Of a stretch of DNA of 57,734 nucleotides, positions 8,870 through 18,251 are shown in pieces (position 1 is the stretch's first letter; every line of letters starts with the position of its first letter). Under the pieces are notes generated by a model. It searched no databases. It was not told the origin of the DNA and was given only the letters and a program-made list of their open reading frames with translations. Location of the stretch: assembly GCA_030697525.1 (NCBI GenBank), contig JAUYPW010000030.1:1-57734 (forward strand), read 5' to 3'. Made by a program: the position numbers and the translations under genes. This DNA comes from a bacterium. Its GTDB lineage: Bacteria; Patescibacteriota; Minisyncoccia; Sungbacterales; HO2-52-23.

Positions 8870-8871
8870 TA

Positions 8872-9828
8872 TTAGATGAGAGAAATAATGGTTTTGGCCA
8901 AACTATCAGGATCATGCCTCACAAAACCACTGGACCGCAGAAAATTTCCCATAATTAAAGTGGGCTTCTTCATAATCGCTTTGGTCTCAACAAATTCAGC
9001 TCCCTCTTTTTCATATTTTTTCAGTCTGGCTATTGAAGGCTTTTTAGTATTTAAAATGGCGTAATCCAGCTTACTTTTGCCCAAATACATCTCAATTGTG
9101 TTTATAAAATTGTCGGCCGCAAAGCCGTTGGTTTCTCCCCATTTAGTCATGATATTGATTATATATACTTTTGTGGCTTTTGATCGGCTGACTGCTTCCC
9201 GCATACCTTTTATTAGAAGGTTGGGAACCACGCTAGTGTAGAGATCCCCCGGGCCAAACACAATAAGATCCGCCTCCAAAACCGCCTTTTTAGCTCTCGG
9301 ATTTATTTTACCCTCCGGTTTCAGAAAAACTTTTTTTATTTTTTTACTACCGTCGTGCCGAGGCACATCTATATTAGACTCTCCGTTTACTACCGAGCCG
9401 TCCTCTAGTTCCGCCGCCAGGCGAACATTATCCAAAGTGACCGGAAGTATAGATCCTTTTACGCCCAGAACATGACCGGCCCTTTCTACGGCCATTTCAA
9501 AATTTCCAGTCATTCGCTCAAGCGCTGTGAGCATAATGTTTCCGAAATTATGATCTTTCAGTCCTCCTTGTCCGAATCGGTAATTGAAAAGTTCGGCCAT
9601 GAGTTGATTATCCGAATGAGACATGGCCACCAAAGCCCGCCGTATATCTCCCGGAGGCAATATACCGAATTCTTCCCGCAAAACCCCAGTAGATCCGCCG
9701 TCATCAGCCATGGAAATTACAGCCGTTAAGTCAACCGGATAATTTTTAAGTCCGGTTAAAACTCCGAAGGCGCCCGTACCCCCGCCAATGACTACAATCT
9801 TGGGTTGTCTTTTGTTTTCCTGAATCAT
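8872..9828 (-). CDS. YvcK/CofD-like (UPF0052) gluconeogenesis-factor family protein
   Basis: KIVVIGGGTG...MADDGGSTGVLREEFGILPPGDIRRAL is typical of the YvcK family. Confidence 0.8.
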   Translation of the reverse strand: MIQENKRQPKIVVIGGGTGAFGVLTGLKNYPVDLTAVISMADDGGSTGVLREEFGILPPGDIRRALVAMSHSDNQLMAELFNYRFGQGGLKDHNFGNIMLTALERMTGNFEMAVERAGHVLGVKGSILPVTLDNVRLAAELEDGSVVNGESNIDVPRHDGSKKIKKVFLKPEGKINPRAKKAVLEADLIVFGPGDLYTSVVPNLLIKGMREAVSRSKATKVYIINIMTKWGETNGFAADNFINTIEMYLGKSKLDYAILNTKKPSIARLKKYEKEGAEFVETKAIMKKPTLIMGNFLRSSGFVRHDPDSLAKTIISLI

Positions 9829-10472
9829 ATTTTTTCTAAAATATGCTTAGCCTGATTCATATTGCCAACCACATGATCAACTTTATCGGACTTAAGTTGA
9901 TGCGAATACCTTATAATTTGTATTACGGTTGATTTTGGAAAGTTTTTCTTCACGTCATCCACCAGATAAATATTATCATCAATAAAAACAAAATGATCAT
10001 CCGGTTTTTTCAGAATTTTCTTAAGATGGTCCGACTTGTTATCACTATCTACGACGTGGACTTTGTGGAAAAACTTTGTAAGTCCGCTACCCTGAACTTT
10101 TTTATTTTGAGCCGATCGATAACCGATAGACAGCAACTCAACTCTCCATTTGTTAATTATGAGATATTTCAGAAAGGTTTGAACATCTTTAAAGACATAG
10201 TTCTTGCTTTGCTTCCGGAAATTTATTAAAGCAGCCTTAAGTCGCTTAGTATCCACCTTGGGATACCGCTTCCCTAGATAAGCGGCGTGAAAATAGGGAT
10301 TATCTTTTCCAATTATTTTCTTCATTACCTCATACGCCTCTTTGGCGTCTTTTCCAGAAATACCAAACTTTTCAAATTCCTTAAAATAGGCATTTTTAAA
10401 AAGGCGGGTGTTGAGCAGGGTCACGTCGAAGTCTATAAAAATTTTTCTTTCTTGACTCTTTTTGTTTAACAT
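9825..10472 (-). CDS. HAD-superfamily hydrolase
   Basis: Motif I FIDFDVTLLNT and motif IV FIDDN. Overlaps the next gene by 4 nt. Confidence 0.6.
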   Translation of the reverse strand: MLNKKSQERKIFIDFDVTLLNTRLFKNAYFKEFEKFGISGKDAKEAYEVMKKIIGKDNPYFHAAYLGKRYPKVDTKRLKAALINFRKQSKNYVFKDVQTFLKYLIINKWRVELLSIGYRSAQNKKVQGSGLTKFFHKVHVVDSDNKSDHLKKILKKPDDHFVFIDDNIYLVDDVKKNFPKSTVIQIIRYSHQLKSDKVDHVVGNMNQAKHILEKI

Positions 10473-10528
10473 GATACTTTGTTTAGGGTTGTTTAAAACT
10501 TTTAAACCCTAAAAAGGGAGTTGTGGCC

Positions 10529-11011
10529 ATGATAGGAATCCACCAGTTGGTTGATATTTCCTTTTCTGGAGAAATTAATAATTTGCTAAAGGAGCTTTCG
10601 CCCAATGCCGAACCAATCACCGAACATGACTTAAAAAGATGTTTAGAAAACCACTTCTTTTTTCTTTTTATCGCCACGGATTCAGACAAGGAATATCCCA
10701 AAGATTTGGTAGGGATGGCAACGGTCTTTTTTACATGGAAGTGTTCCGGTTGGCTAGCTGAAGTACATGATATAGTTGTTACCCCAACATATCGCGGCAG
10801 ACATATTGGCGATATGTTAATGAAAAAACTTTTGGAAGTTGCAAAAGCTTTTGCCGAACAAGAAGCCAAGAAAATTACTGTTTCTTTAACCAGTAAGCCG
10901 CATAGAATAGCAGCCAATTTAATGTACCAACAACATGGTTTCGAACTAGTTGCCCAAGCCGTGGGAAAAAATGGAACGAATTTGTACAAACTAGTAATGG
11001 AACCGCGATAA
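10529..11011 (+). CDS. GNAT-family N-acetyltransferase
   Basis: Acetyl-CoA binding motif VVTPTYRGRHIGDMLMKKL. The ATG at 10529 lies 8 nt after AGGGAG; the track start GTG 10523 is too close to that site. Confidence 0.75.
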   Translation: MIGIHQLVDISFSGEINNLLKELSPNAEPITEHDLKRCLENHFFFLFIATDSDKEYPKDLVGMATVFFTWKCSGWLAEVHDIVVTPTYRGRHIGDMLMKKLLEVAKAFAEQEAKKITVSLTSKPHRIAANLMYQQHGFELVAQAVGKNGTNLYKLVMEPR

Positions 11012-11015
11012 ATAA

Positions 11016-12836
11016 CTATTCCACCGTAACACTCTTCGCCAGATTCCGTGGTCTGTCTACATTATAACCTCTCGCCACCCCGAAATGATACGCAAAAAGT
11101 TGCAGAGGCACAACCGACAAAATCGGGGTGAGCATCTCCAAAGTTTTCGGTATATATATTACATCATCCGCCAAGCGGGTGATTTTTTTATCTCCTTCGG
11201 TGGCAATAGCAATTATTGGCCCCTTTCTTGCTCTTACTTCCTCTATATTTGAAATTGTTTTTTCGTAAACCGAATCTTGGGGGACTATAAAAATAGAGGG
11301 TAAATTTTCATCAATCATAGCAATCGGCCCATGCTTCATTTCTCCCGCCCCGTACCCTTCAGCATGGACATAAGAAATTTCTTTAAGTTTTAGAGCGCCT
11401 TCATAAGCAATTGGTAAATTATATTTTCGGCCAAGATATAAAAAGTTATTGAAGTGGTTGTATTTTTTGGCTAATTTTTTTATAGCCGCATCTTGTTTCA
11501 AAACCGTCTGGATAAGATGCGGTATTTTTTTTATTTCTTTGACAATCCTCTGGCCTGTTATTACCGACATATCACGCGAACGACCAAAGAGTATGGTTAA
11601 AAGGGCCAGAATTGTAAGCTGGGAAGTAAAAGCTTTGGTGGAGGCCACTCCTATCTCCGGCCCTATATGCTGGTAAACTCCAAGGCCCGCTTCTCGCGCC
11701 AAGGTAGAACCGATAACATTTACCACCCCTAAAGTTAAAACATTTTTTTCTTTGGCTTCGCGAAGAGCGGCCAATGTGTCAGCGGTCTCTCCTGATTGAG
11801 AGATCACCAAAAAAGCGTCCCCTTTTTGAAAGACTGGTTTGCGGTAGCGAAATTCGGAGGCCAAATCAACCTCAACCGGAATACCCGCGTATTCTTCAAG
11901 CATATATTCACCAACCTTTCCGGAAAGATAAGCCGTGCCGCAAGCGGCTATCAAAATTCTTTTCACTTTTTTTAAGTCCTCCGAAGCTCCTAATTTCACT
12001 AATCCTTCTTCTGGTAAAAGCCGCCCTCGAATAGAATTTGCAATAGCTTCGGGCTGCTCAAATATTTCCTTGAGCATGAAATGAGGAAATCCGTTTTTTT
12101 GGGTTTTTTCCAGCGACCATTCCAAGTGATGAGTTTTCTTGTCGCGCAAATTTCTGCCAAGATCATAGACGGCATGCCCCTTCGGCGTAAGTACAGCCAA
12201 CTCCCCGTCGTCCAAATAAACCACCTTGGTAGTGTGTTTTAAAATGGCCGAAGCGTCGGAAGCCACAAAGCACTCTCCTTCGCCAACACCCAAAAGCAAC
12301 GGACTGAAATTTCTGGCTGCAATTATTTTTTCAGGCTCATCTTGGTTCAAAACGGCCACGCCGTAAGTTCCCCGCACTTCTTTTAAGGCCAGCCTTACTG
12401 CCTCCTGATAATTATTGGTTTTTAATTTTTCTTCTATCAAGTGGGCCAGAACCTCCGTATCTGTTTCTGATTGAAATTTATGACCCTTTTTAAGCAACTG
12501 GGCCTTCAACTCCTGATAGTTTTCAATTATGCCATTGTGAACCACCCATATTTTCCGTTTACAATCCATGTGGGGGTGAGAGTTTTTTTCCGTTACCCCG
12601 CCGTGAGTCGCCCAACGAACGTGCCCGATACCGGTCGATCCTTCAAAATTATTATCAGAAATTTTTTCCTCCAAATTTAAAAGCGGCCCCACTGCTTTAA
12701 TGGCCTTGATCTTCCCGGACGTTTCCTTTATGGCCACACCGCTTGAATCATACCCGCGGTATTCCATATTTTTAAGCCCATCTAAAATTATAGGCAGAGC
12801 TCTCTGTCTGCCGACATAGCCGATTATTCCACACAT
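11016..12836 (-). CDS. glmS: glutamine--fructose-6-phosphate aminotransferase (isomerising)
   Basis: N-terminal MCGIIGY nucleophile, two SIS domains and the C-terminal ...AKSVTVE. Confidence 0.95.
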   Translation of the reverse strand: MCGIIGYVGRQRALPIILDGLKNMEYRGYDSSGVAIKETSGKIKAIKAVGPLLNLEEKISDNNFEGSTGIGHVRWATHGGVTEKNSHPHMDCKRKIWVVHNGIIENYQELKAQLLKKGHKFQSETDTEVLAHLIEEKLKTNNYQEAVRLALKEVRGTYGVAVLNQDEPEKIIAARNFSPLLLGVGEGECFVASDASAILKHTTKVVYLDDGELAVLTPKGHAVYDLGRNLRDKKTHHLEWSLEKTQKNGFPHFMLKEIFEQPEAIANSIRGRLLPEEGLVKLGASEDLKKVKRILIAACGTAYLSGKVGEYMLEEYAGIPVEVDLASEFRYRKPVFQKGDAFLVISQSGETADTLAALREAKEKNVLTLGVVNVIGSTLAREAGLGVYQHIGPEIGVASTKAFTSQLTILALLTILFGRSRDMSVITGQRIVKEIKKIPHLIQTVLKQDAAIKKLAKKYNHFNNFLYLGRKYNLPIAYEGALKLKEISYVHAEGYGAGEMKHGPIAMIDENLPSIFIVPQDSVYEKTISNIEEVRARKGPIIAIATEGDKKITRLADDVIYIPKTLEMLTPILSVVPLQLFAYHFGVARGYNVDRPRNLAKSVTVE

Positions 12837-12910
12837 CTTGATAGGATTTAGGAATTAGGTGTTAGGTTGTAGACCAACTAAACTTAGAACTCCGCAAAGA
12901 GACTTAATTA

Positions 12911-15268
12911 CTACAATACAAAATTAATAAGCTTGTCTGGCACAAATATTACTTTCTTCGGCTTTCCAGTCAGATGGGTTTTCACTGATTCTAGTGAAGC
13001 AGCCTTAGCTTTTGCCTCCTCTTCACTAATGCCTTTGGCGGCGGACACACGCCCTCGGAATTTGCCATTTATCTGCACTATCAGCTCAAAAGTATCTTCT
13101 TCAAGCATGGCTGGATCAAACTCCGGCCATTTTTCTTTATGAATAGACTTTTTATTTTTTAAAACGCCACACCATATTTCTTCTGTTATGTGCGGCGCAA
13201 AAGGGGCCAGAAGTTTTAAGAAAACTTCCCAGTCTTCTTTGGCAACCGTCTCCTCCTCAAATTTATTCAACAGAATCATCAAAGCCGAAATAGCTGTGTT
13301 GTATTGGAGATTTTCAATATCGTTCGTAACTTTTTTTATGGTTTTATGAATGAGTTGTTCAACCTCTCCTCTGTCATTCTGAGCAGAGCGAAGAATCCCT
13401 GCCTTGCCGGCAGGCAGGTCATGAGATCCTTCGGGCTTCACCCTCAGGATGACACGTGGTGTCAGTTTCCAGACTCTTTCCAAGAATCTGGTGATTCCTT
13501 TAATTCCCGTATCACTAAAATCCCCCCCTTGTTCAAAGGGTCCTAAAAATAACAGGTACATTCGCAAGGCGTCCGCGCCGTATGCTCTTATATATTCATC
13601 CGGATTTACCACATTCCCACGAGATTTGGACATTTTTGCCCCGTCTTTTATAAGAAGTCCGTGCGCCCTGAACTTTTTAAAAGGCTCTTCAAAATGCACC
13701 AGCTCCCAATCTTTGAAAGCCATAGCCAAAAATCGTACATAAAGAAGGTGCAAAACAGCATGTTCAGCTCCACCAATATACATGTCCACGGGTAGCCATT
13801 TTTTTATTCTAATCTCGTCAAAGGGTTTGCTAAGACCTAAATATCCGAGATAGTACCATGCTGAATCAAGAAAGGTATCCGAGACATCCGTTTCGCGTCG
13901 CGCCCATTCGTTGCATTTCGGGCATCGGACTTTATAAAATTTCTCATCTGTGGCCAGTGGCGACTTGTCCGTGCCCGTAGGCTTGAAATCTTTTATATAT
14001 GGAAGCTTAACCGGTAAATCTTTTTCTGGGACAGGTTGCCATTGGCATTTTTCACAAAAAATCATTGGAATAGGAGGTCCCCAGTAGCGCTGACGGGAAA
14101 TGAGCCAGTCGCGAAGACGAAATTGAATTTTTTTTATGCCCCCGCTCTTTTTTATTCCTTCATCAATTGAGACCAGAGGCGCGTTACTCACCGGCAATTT
14201 AAATTTCTTTGCAAACTCAAAATCCCGCTCGTCATGCGCCGGCACAGCCATGATTGCTCCGGTTCCATAACCCGCCAAAACATAGTCCGAAATCCAAACC
14301 GGAATTTTTTCTTTATTGGCTGGGTTGACTGCCGAAAACCCCGAAAATATTCCACTTTTATTTTTTTCAGTTGATTCATTTTGCCTCTCTTCTAATTTTT
14401 GTTTGATATATTTCCTAACTTCATCTGGAGCTTGCCAGCCCGAGACCTGCCAAAACTTCGCTAATTCTGGCGACACTACGACAAAGGTCGTGCCGAAAAT
14501 AGTATCCGGTCGGGTAGTAAAAACTTCAACAAAATGTTTTTTGTCCTCTTGCCCAGGGACATCAATTAGTGAAAAACGAATCGAAGCTCCTTCTGATTTC
14601 CCAATCCAATTCTTTTGCGCGATTTTTATCCTCTCCGACCAGTCTATGTGGTCTAAATTTTTCAGCAGTTTTTCTGCGTAATCCGTAATTTTAAAAAACC
14701 ATTGCTCTAATTCTTTTTTTATCACCACCGAGTCGCATCGCTCGCATGTGCCGGCAACAACCTGTTCGTCCGCAAGCACGGTTTTGCATCCGGGACACCA
14801 ATTCACACTTGCTTTTTTCCGGTATGCCAGACCATTTTTAAACATCTGCACAAAAATCCATTGGGTCCATTTGTAATAATCCGGTTCGTGAGTAGACAGA
14901 ACCTCATCCCAAGCATAGCCAATACCCAGTTCTTTCAGCTGTTTTTCATATCTATCCGTGGTTTTTTTCATTAAATCCAGCGGATGAGTACCTGTTTTGA
15001 GAGCATAATTCTCGCTGTTTATACCAAAAGAGTCATAGCCTATCGGCTGAAAAACATCACAGCCCCGCATCCTTTGGTATCTGCCGTACAAATCCGCTCC
15101 ACTGAAAGTATAGGCGTGCCCAACATGCAGTCCCTCTCCCGAAGGATATGGAAACATCATTAAATTATAGAAGGGGTTTTTGGCCAATTTTAAATCTGGC
15201 TCATAAACTTTCTCCTTGAGCCATTGTTTTTGCCATTTGGGTTCTATTTCAGACGGATTGTAGCGCAT
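12911..15268 (-). CDS. leuS: leucine--tRNA ligase carrying a 27-codon in-frame repeat insertion
   Basis: The HIGH region (GEGLHVGHAY) and KMSKS are present, and the protein is LeuRS-like throughout. Confidence 0.95.
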   Translation of the reverse strand: MRYNPSEIEPKWQKQWLKEKVYEPDLKLAKNPFYNLMMFPYPSGEGLHVGHAYTFSGADLYGRYQRMRGCDVFQPIGYDSFGINSENYALKTGTHPLDLMKKTTDRYEKQLKELGIGYAWDEVLSTHEPDYYKWTQWIFVQMFKNGLAYRKKASVNWCPGCKTVLADEQVVAGTCERCDSVVIKKELEQWFFKITDYAEKLLKNLDHIDWSERIKIAQKNWIGKSEGASIRFSLIDVPGQEDKKHFVEVFTTRPDTIFGTTFVVVSPELAKFWQVSGWQAPDEVRKYIKQKLEERQNESTEKNKSGIFSGFSAVNPANKEKIPVWISDYVLAGYGTGAIMAVPAHDERDFEFAKKFKLPVSNAPLVSIDEGIKKSGGIKKIQFRLRDWLISRQRYWGPPIPMIFCEKCQWQPVPEKDLPVKLPYIKDFKPTGTDKSPLATDEKFYKVRCPKCNEWARRETDVSDTFLDSAWYYLGYLGLSKPFDEIRIKKWLPVDMYIGGAEHAVLHLLYVRFLAMAFKDWELVHFEEPFKKFRAHGLLIKDGAKMSKSRGNVVNPDEYIRAYGADALRMYLLFLGPFEQGGDFSDTGIKGITRFLERVWKLTPRVILRVKPEGSHDLPAGKAGILRSAQNDRGEVEQLIHKTIKKVTNDIENLQYNTAISALMILLNKFEEETVAKEDWEVFLKLLAPFAPHITEEIWCGVLKNKKSIHKEKWPEFDPAMLEEDTFELIVQINGKFRGRVSAAKGISEEEAKAKAASLESVKTHLTGKPKKVIFVPDKLINFVL
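13373..13453. repeat. 81-nt palindromic GTCAT-type element translated in frame inside leuS
   Basis: Arms are GTCATTCTGAGCAGAGCGAAGAATCCC and the reverse complement of GTCATCCTGAGGGTGAAGCCCGAAGGATCTC. They flank a CCTGCC..GGCAGG mini-hairpin. The element starts and ends exactly on codon boundaries and encodes VILRVKPEGSHDLPAGKAGILRSAQND. Confidence 0.75.
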
Positions 15269-15302
15269 GTATATAAAGTAGCTAAAATTGCTGTTTTGAG
15301 CA

Positions 15303-15332
15303 AGAAAAAACCGCCCACTATTTAAGGCGGTT
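15303..15332 (-). terminator. intrinsic terminator downstream of tatD
   Basis: On the minus strand: AACCGCC, a 10-nt loop, GGCGGTT, then TTTTTT. It lies 14 nt after the tatD stop. Confidence 0.6.
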
Positions 15333-15345
15333 GCATTTAAGAATA

Positions 15346-16179
15346 TTATATCCCCAGAATTTCTCTGGTGTTTTTTACCGTTTGCTCGCTTATTTCTTCT
15401 AAGCTTGCGTCCTTTAATCCCGCTAATTTTTTAGCTACTTCTACTACATACAAAGGCTCGTTTCTTTTGCCTCGGTAAGGAGCGGGGGTTACATAAGGCG
15501 CATCGGTTTCCAGTAAAATTCTTTCACGAGGTATTAGTTTTATGATCTCGTCGTAGTCCCGCGAAAAAGTTATAACCCCACCGAAAGTAAAAGAAAAACC
15601 CATATCCAACAGTGTGGCCGCCTCTTTAAGATTGCCGCTGAAAAAATGTATTATTCCGGGCTTTCCCGAATTACCCTGATTAAAATACATCCCCAACACC
15701 CTGATCAAATCTCCAAAGCCCTGCCGGCAGTGGATCATTAACGGTTTTTTTACATCAAGTGAAAGTTCTATTTGTTTTATAAAAGCCGCTTCCTGTTTTT
15801 TCTTAGAGTCTGTCTGGAGTCGGTAATAATCAAATCCGCACTCTCCAATCGCCACAACCTTCGAATGCTTGGCCAATTTCTTGTATAGCTCGTAATCAAA
15901 TTCTTCTCCTCGCGAGGTAAAACCATTGTCTCCGCCCAGCTCCTGCTCATCATGAAATGATTTGTCTGTATGAATCGGATGAAGACCTACTGTGGCATAT
16001 ACCCCCTCCGGATATTTCTCGGCCAGCTTAATCGCGCTTTCAGAAGTATCCTGTTGCGTTCCGACATTCGCCATCCAAACACCTGCGTCCAAAGCCCTTT
16101 TAATAACAAAGTCGGCATCTTCTTCAAATGCCGCAAATTGCACATGAGTATGGGCATCGATTAACTTTGGCTCCATCAT
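15346..16179 (-). CDS. tatD: TatD-family metal-dependent hydrolase (DNase)
   Basis: LIDAHTHVQF at the N-terminus plus conserved His/Glu/Asp positions (ECGFDY, HCR, ETDAPY). Confidence 0.85.
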   Translation of the reverse strand: MMEPKLIDAHTHVQFAAFEEDADFVIKRALDAGVWMANVGTQQDTSESAIKLAEKYPEGVYATVGLHPIHTDKSFHDEQELGGDNGFTSRGEEFDYELYKKLAKHSKVVAIGECGFDYYRLQTDSKKKQEAAFIKQIELSLDVKKPLMIHCRQGFGDLIRVLGMYFNQGNSGKPGIIHFFSGNLKEAATLLDMGFSFTFGGVITFSRDYDEIIKLIPRERILLETDAPYVTPAPYRGKRNEPLYVVEVAKKLAGLKDASLEEISEQTVKNTREILGI

Positions 16180-17675
16180 AATCTTGAAAATAAATGCTCC
16201 CCTTTCTTTAAGATGACCTTAGAATCCACGAAATTTATTTGGCGTTTTATCTTGCCGGAGGTTTCGGGCAGAAAAGGTTCAAGAAGGTTGGCAACAGCGC
16301 CAGCCAAGTAACTGGCGTTGATCAACACTTTTTTTAATTCTATTGAATCGGTCAGACTCCATGGTTTTTTATCATTTATATATTTGTCGGCAAAAGAAAC
16401 CAGTTCCCAAATTTTGCCCGATGCTTCATGCAGACGAATCTCCTGCATGTTCTTTTCATAATCTTCAAATATCCGACCAATCCCATTTTTGGTGGCCAAT
16501 TCTATATCGTTGGCAAAATTGAAATCGATCGGACCCAGCTTCTCACCCAAGGCCGTGATTCTAGCCACTAAATTACCCAGTCCATTAGCAAGATCTCCAT
16601 TGTGTCTTTCCTCAAATTTTTTATAGCTGAAATCTCCGTCCTCTCCACTGGGAATTTCGCGCAAAAGATAATGCCGAACCGAATCAGCTCCGTATTTATT
16701 AACAAGATCCACCGGGTCTATGACGTTCCCAATTGTTTTAGACATCTTCTGTCCTTCAACGGTTATAAAACCATGCACAAAGATAGATTTAGGGAGGAGC
16801 AGTCCGGCGGACAAAAGCATCCCCGGCCATATGGCGGCATGGAAACGCAAGATATCTTTGCCAATCACGTGCAGATCAGCAGGCCACCAGTGCTTATAAT
16901 TTATCATGGATAGTTGATCGTCCTGCCCATAGCCGATAGCGCTAAGGTAGTTAGTTAGGGCATCGCACCAGACATACATGGTATGCTCCGGATCATCCGG
17001 CACCGGTACTCCCCAAGACAAATCCTTAGCCGGCCGTGAAAAACTTATATCTTCCAACCCCTCCTTCAGCAAAGCTAAAATTTCATTTTGTCTTGTTTCC
17101 GGAATTATTCTTAATTCTTTGCTCTTAATTTTTGACTCTATTTCCTTGGTATATTTTGACAGCCGGAAAAACCAATTTTCCTCTTCAATCACTTCCGGCT
17201 CTTTTTGATGAATCTCGCACTTACCGTCCACCAGATCTTTTTCCGTAACAAAAGCTTCGTGTCCCACACAGTAAAGACCTCTATAATTTTTTTTGTATAA
17301 ATCTCCTGTTTCTTTCAGTTCCCGCCAAAGCTTCTGGGCGCTGGGCCAGTGCCGCACCTTATCCGAAGTCCTAATAAAATCATTCCAACTCAAGTTAAAA
17401 ATATTTTTTAAATTACGAAAATTTGCCGAAGACTCGTCGGCAAATTCGCTTGGTGTTTTTCCGGCCTGCTCAGCCGCCCGCACATTTTTAGCTCCGTGCT
17501 CATCGGTGCCGGTCAAAAACAAAACTTCATCGCCTTTCAGGCGATGATAACGAGCCAGGGCGTCCGCTTGCACTTTCTCCAAGACATGCCCAATGTGGGG
17601 CTTGCCGTTTATATAATCGATAGCGGTTGTAATATAGAATTTGTTGCTTTTTTCTGAATTTGCCATTATACTCAA
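16176..17675 (-). CDS. metG: methionine--tRNA ligase (short form)
   Basis: The HIGH region (GKPHIGHVLE) and KMSKTIGNV are present. Overlaps tatD by 4 nt. Confidence 0.95.
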   Translation of the reverse strand: MSIMANSEKSNKFYITTAIDYINGKPHIGHVLEKVQADALARYHRLKGDEVLFLTGTDEHGAKNVRAAEQAGKTPSEFADESSANFRNLKNIFNLSWNDFIRTSDKVRHWPSAQKLWRELKETGDLYKKNYRGLYCVGHEAFVTEKDLVDGKCEIHQKEPEVIEEENWFFRLSKYTKEIESKIKSKELRIIPETRQNEILALLKEGLEDISFSRPAKDLSWGVPVPDDPEHTMYVWCDALTNYLSAIGYGQDDQLSMINYKHWWPADLHVIGKDILRFHAAIWPGMLLSAGLLLPKSIFVHGFITVEGQKMSKTIGNVIDPVDLVNKYGADSVRHYLLREIPSGEDGDFSYKKFEERHNGDLANGLGNLVARITALGEKLGPIDFNFANDIELATKNGIGRIFEDYEKNMQEIRLHEASGKIWELVSFADKYINDKKPWSLTDSIELKKVLINASYLAGAVANLLEPFLPETSGKIKRQINFVDSKVILKKGEHLFSRL

Positions 17676-17716
17676 AAAATTATCTTAACCTTAGAAAGGG
17701 CGACACAGGGAGGAAA

Positions 17717-18214
17717 ATGATCTCAACTACCCACATAGCGATAGCAGCCGCAGCCTCGAAAACTCTGTCCCAAGGCAACCCCCTAGCCGCTTTTTTCATA
17801 AGCTGGGCATCGCATTACTTGGCCGATGCCATACCCCACTGGCAGTATAAACTTAAGGTATCCAAAAAGTGGAGTAATGACCCGGGCGATCTTGAAAAAA
17901 TAAGAAAAAGCTCTTTACCTCTTACAGATTATGTTGCCGTTGCTTTAGATTCGTTTATAGGCGCTTTGGTGATATTTTTAATCTCTCCACACGGCTCCTT
18001 AAAAGATTGGCTATACATATTGGCTGTTGTAGCCGGTGGACCATTTCCCGACTTTTTACTTTTCCTGCACAAGAGATTCTCTTGGAGAATTTTGGAAGTC
18101 TTGCGCAAATTTCATGACTCCTTCCATAGCGGTATAAATTTGAGTCCCTATCCTAAACTCGGCATACCGTTTCAAATAATTATTGTTCTTATCGCTCTTT
18201 GGATAGCAATTTAA
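17717..18214 (+). CDS. hypothetical polytopic membrane protein (possibly YdjM/DUF457-like)
   Basis: The ATG at 17717 follows GGGAGG. Four to five hydrophobic helices. The SHYLADAIPH motif only weakly resembles membrane-bound metal-hydrolase families. Confidence 0.45.
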   Translation: MISTTHIAIAAAASKTLSQGNPLAAFFISWASHYLADAIPHWQYKLKVSKKWSNDPGDLEKIRKSSLPLTDYVAVALDSFIGALVIFLISPHGSLKDWLYILAVVAGGPFPDFLLFLHKRFSWRILEVLRKFHDSFHSGINLSPYPKLGIPFQIIIVLIALWIAI

Positions 18215-18222
18215 TAACAAAT

Positions 18223-18246
18223 TTTCAACATATCGATATGTTGAAA
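18223..18246. terminator. perfect 24-nt palindrome between convergent genes
   Basis: TTTCAACATATCGATATGTTGAAA, between the stop at 18214 (+) and the stop at 18252 (-). The stem is AT-rich, so terminator function is uncertain. Confidence 0.35.
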
Positions 18247-18251
18247 TATCA

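Noticed and set aside
10483-10989. 168-aa ORF antisense to the GNAT gene.
   Set aside because: It has no motif and no ribosome-binding site. The + strand carries a clear acetyl-CoA binding motif.
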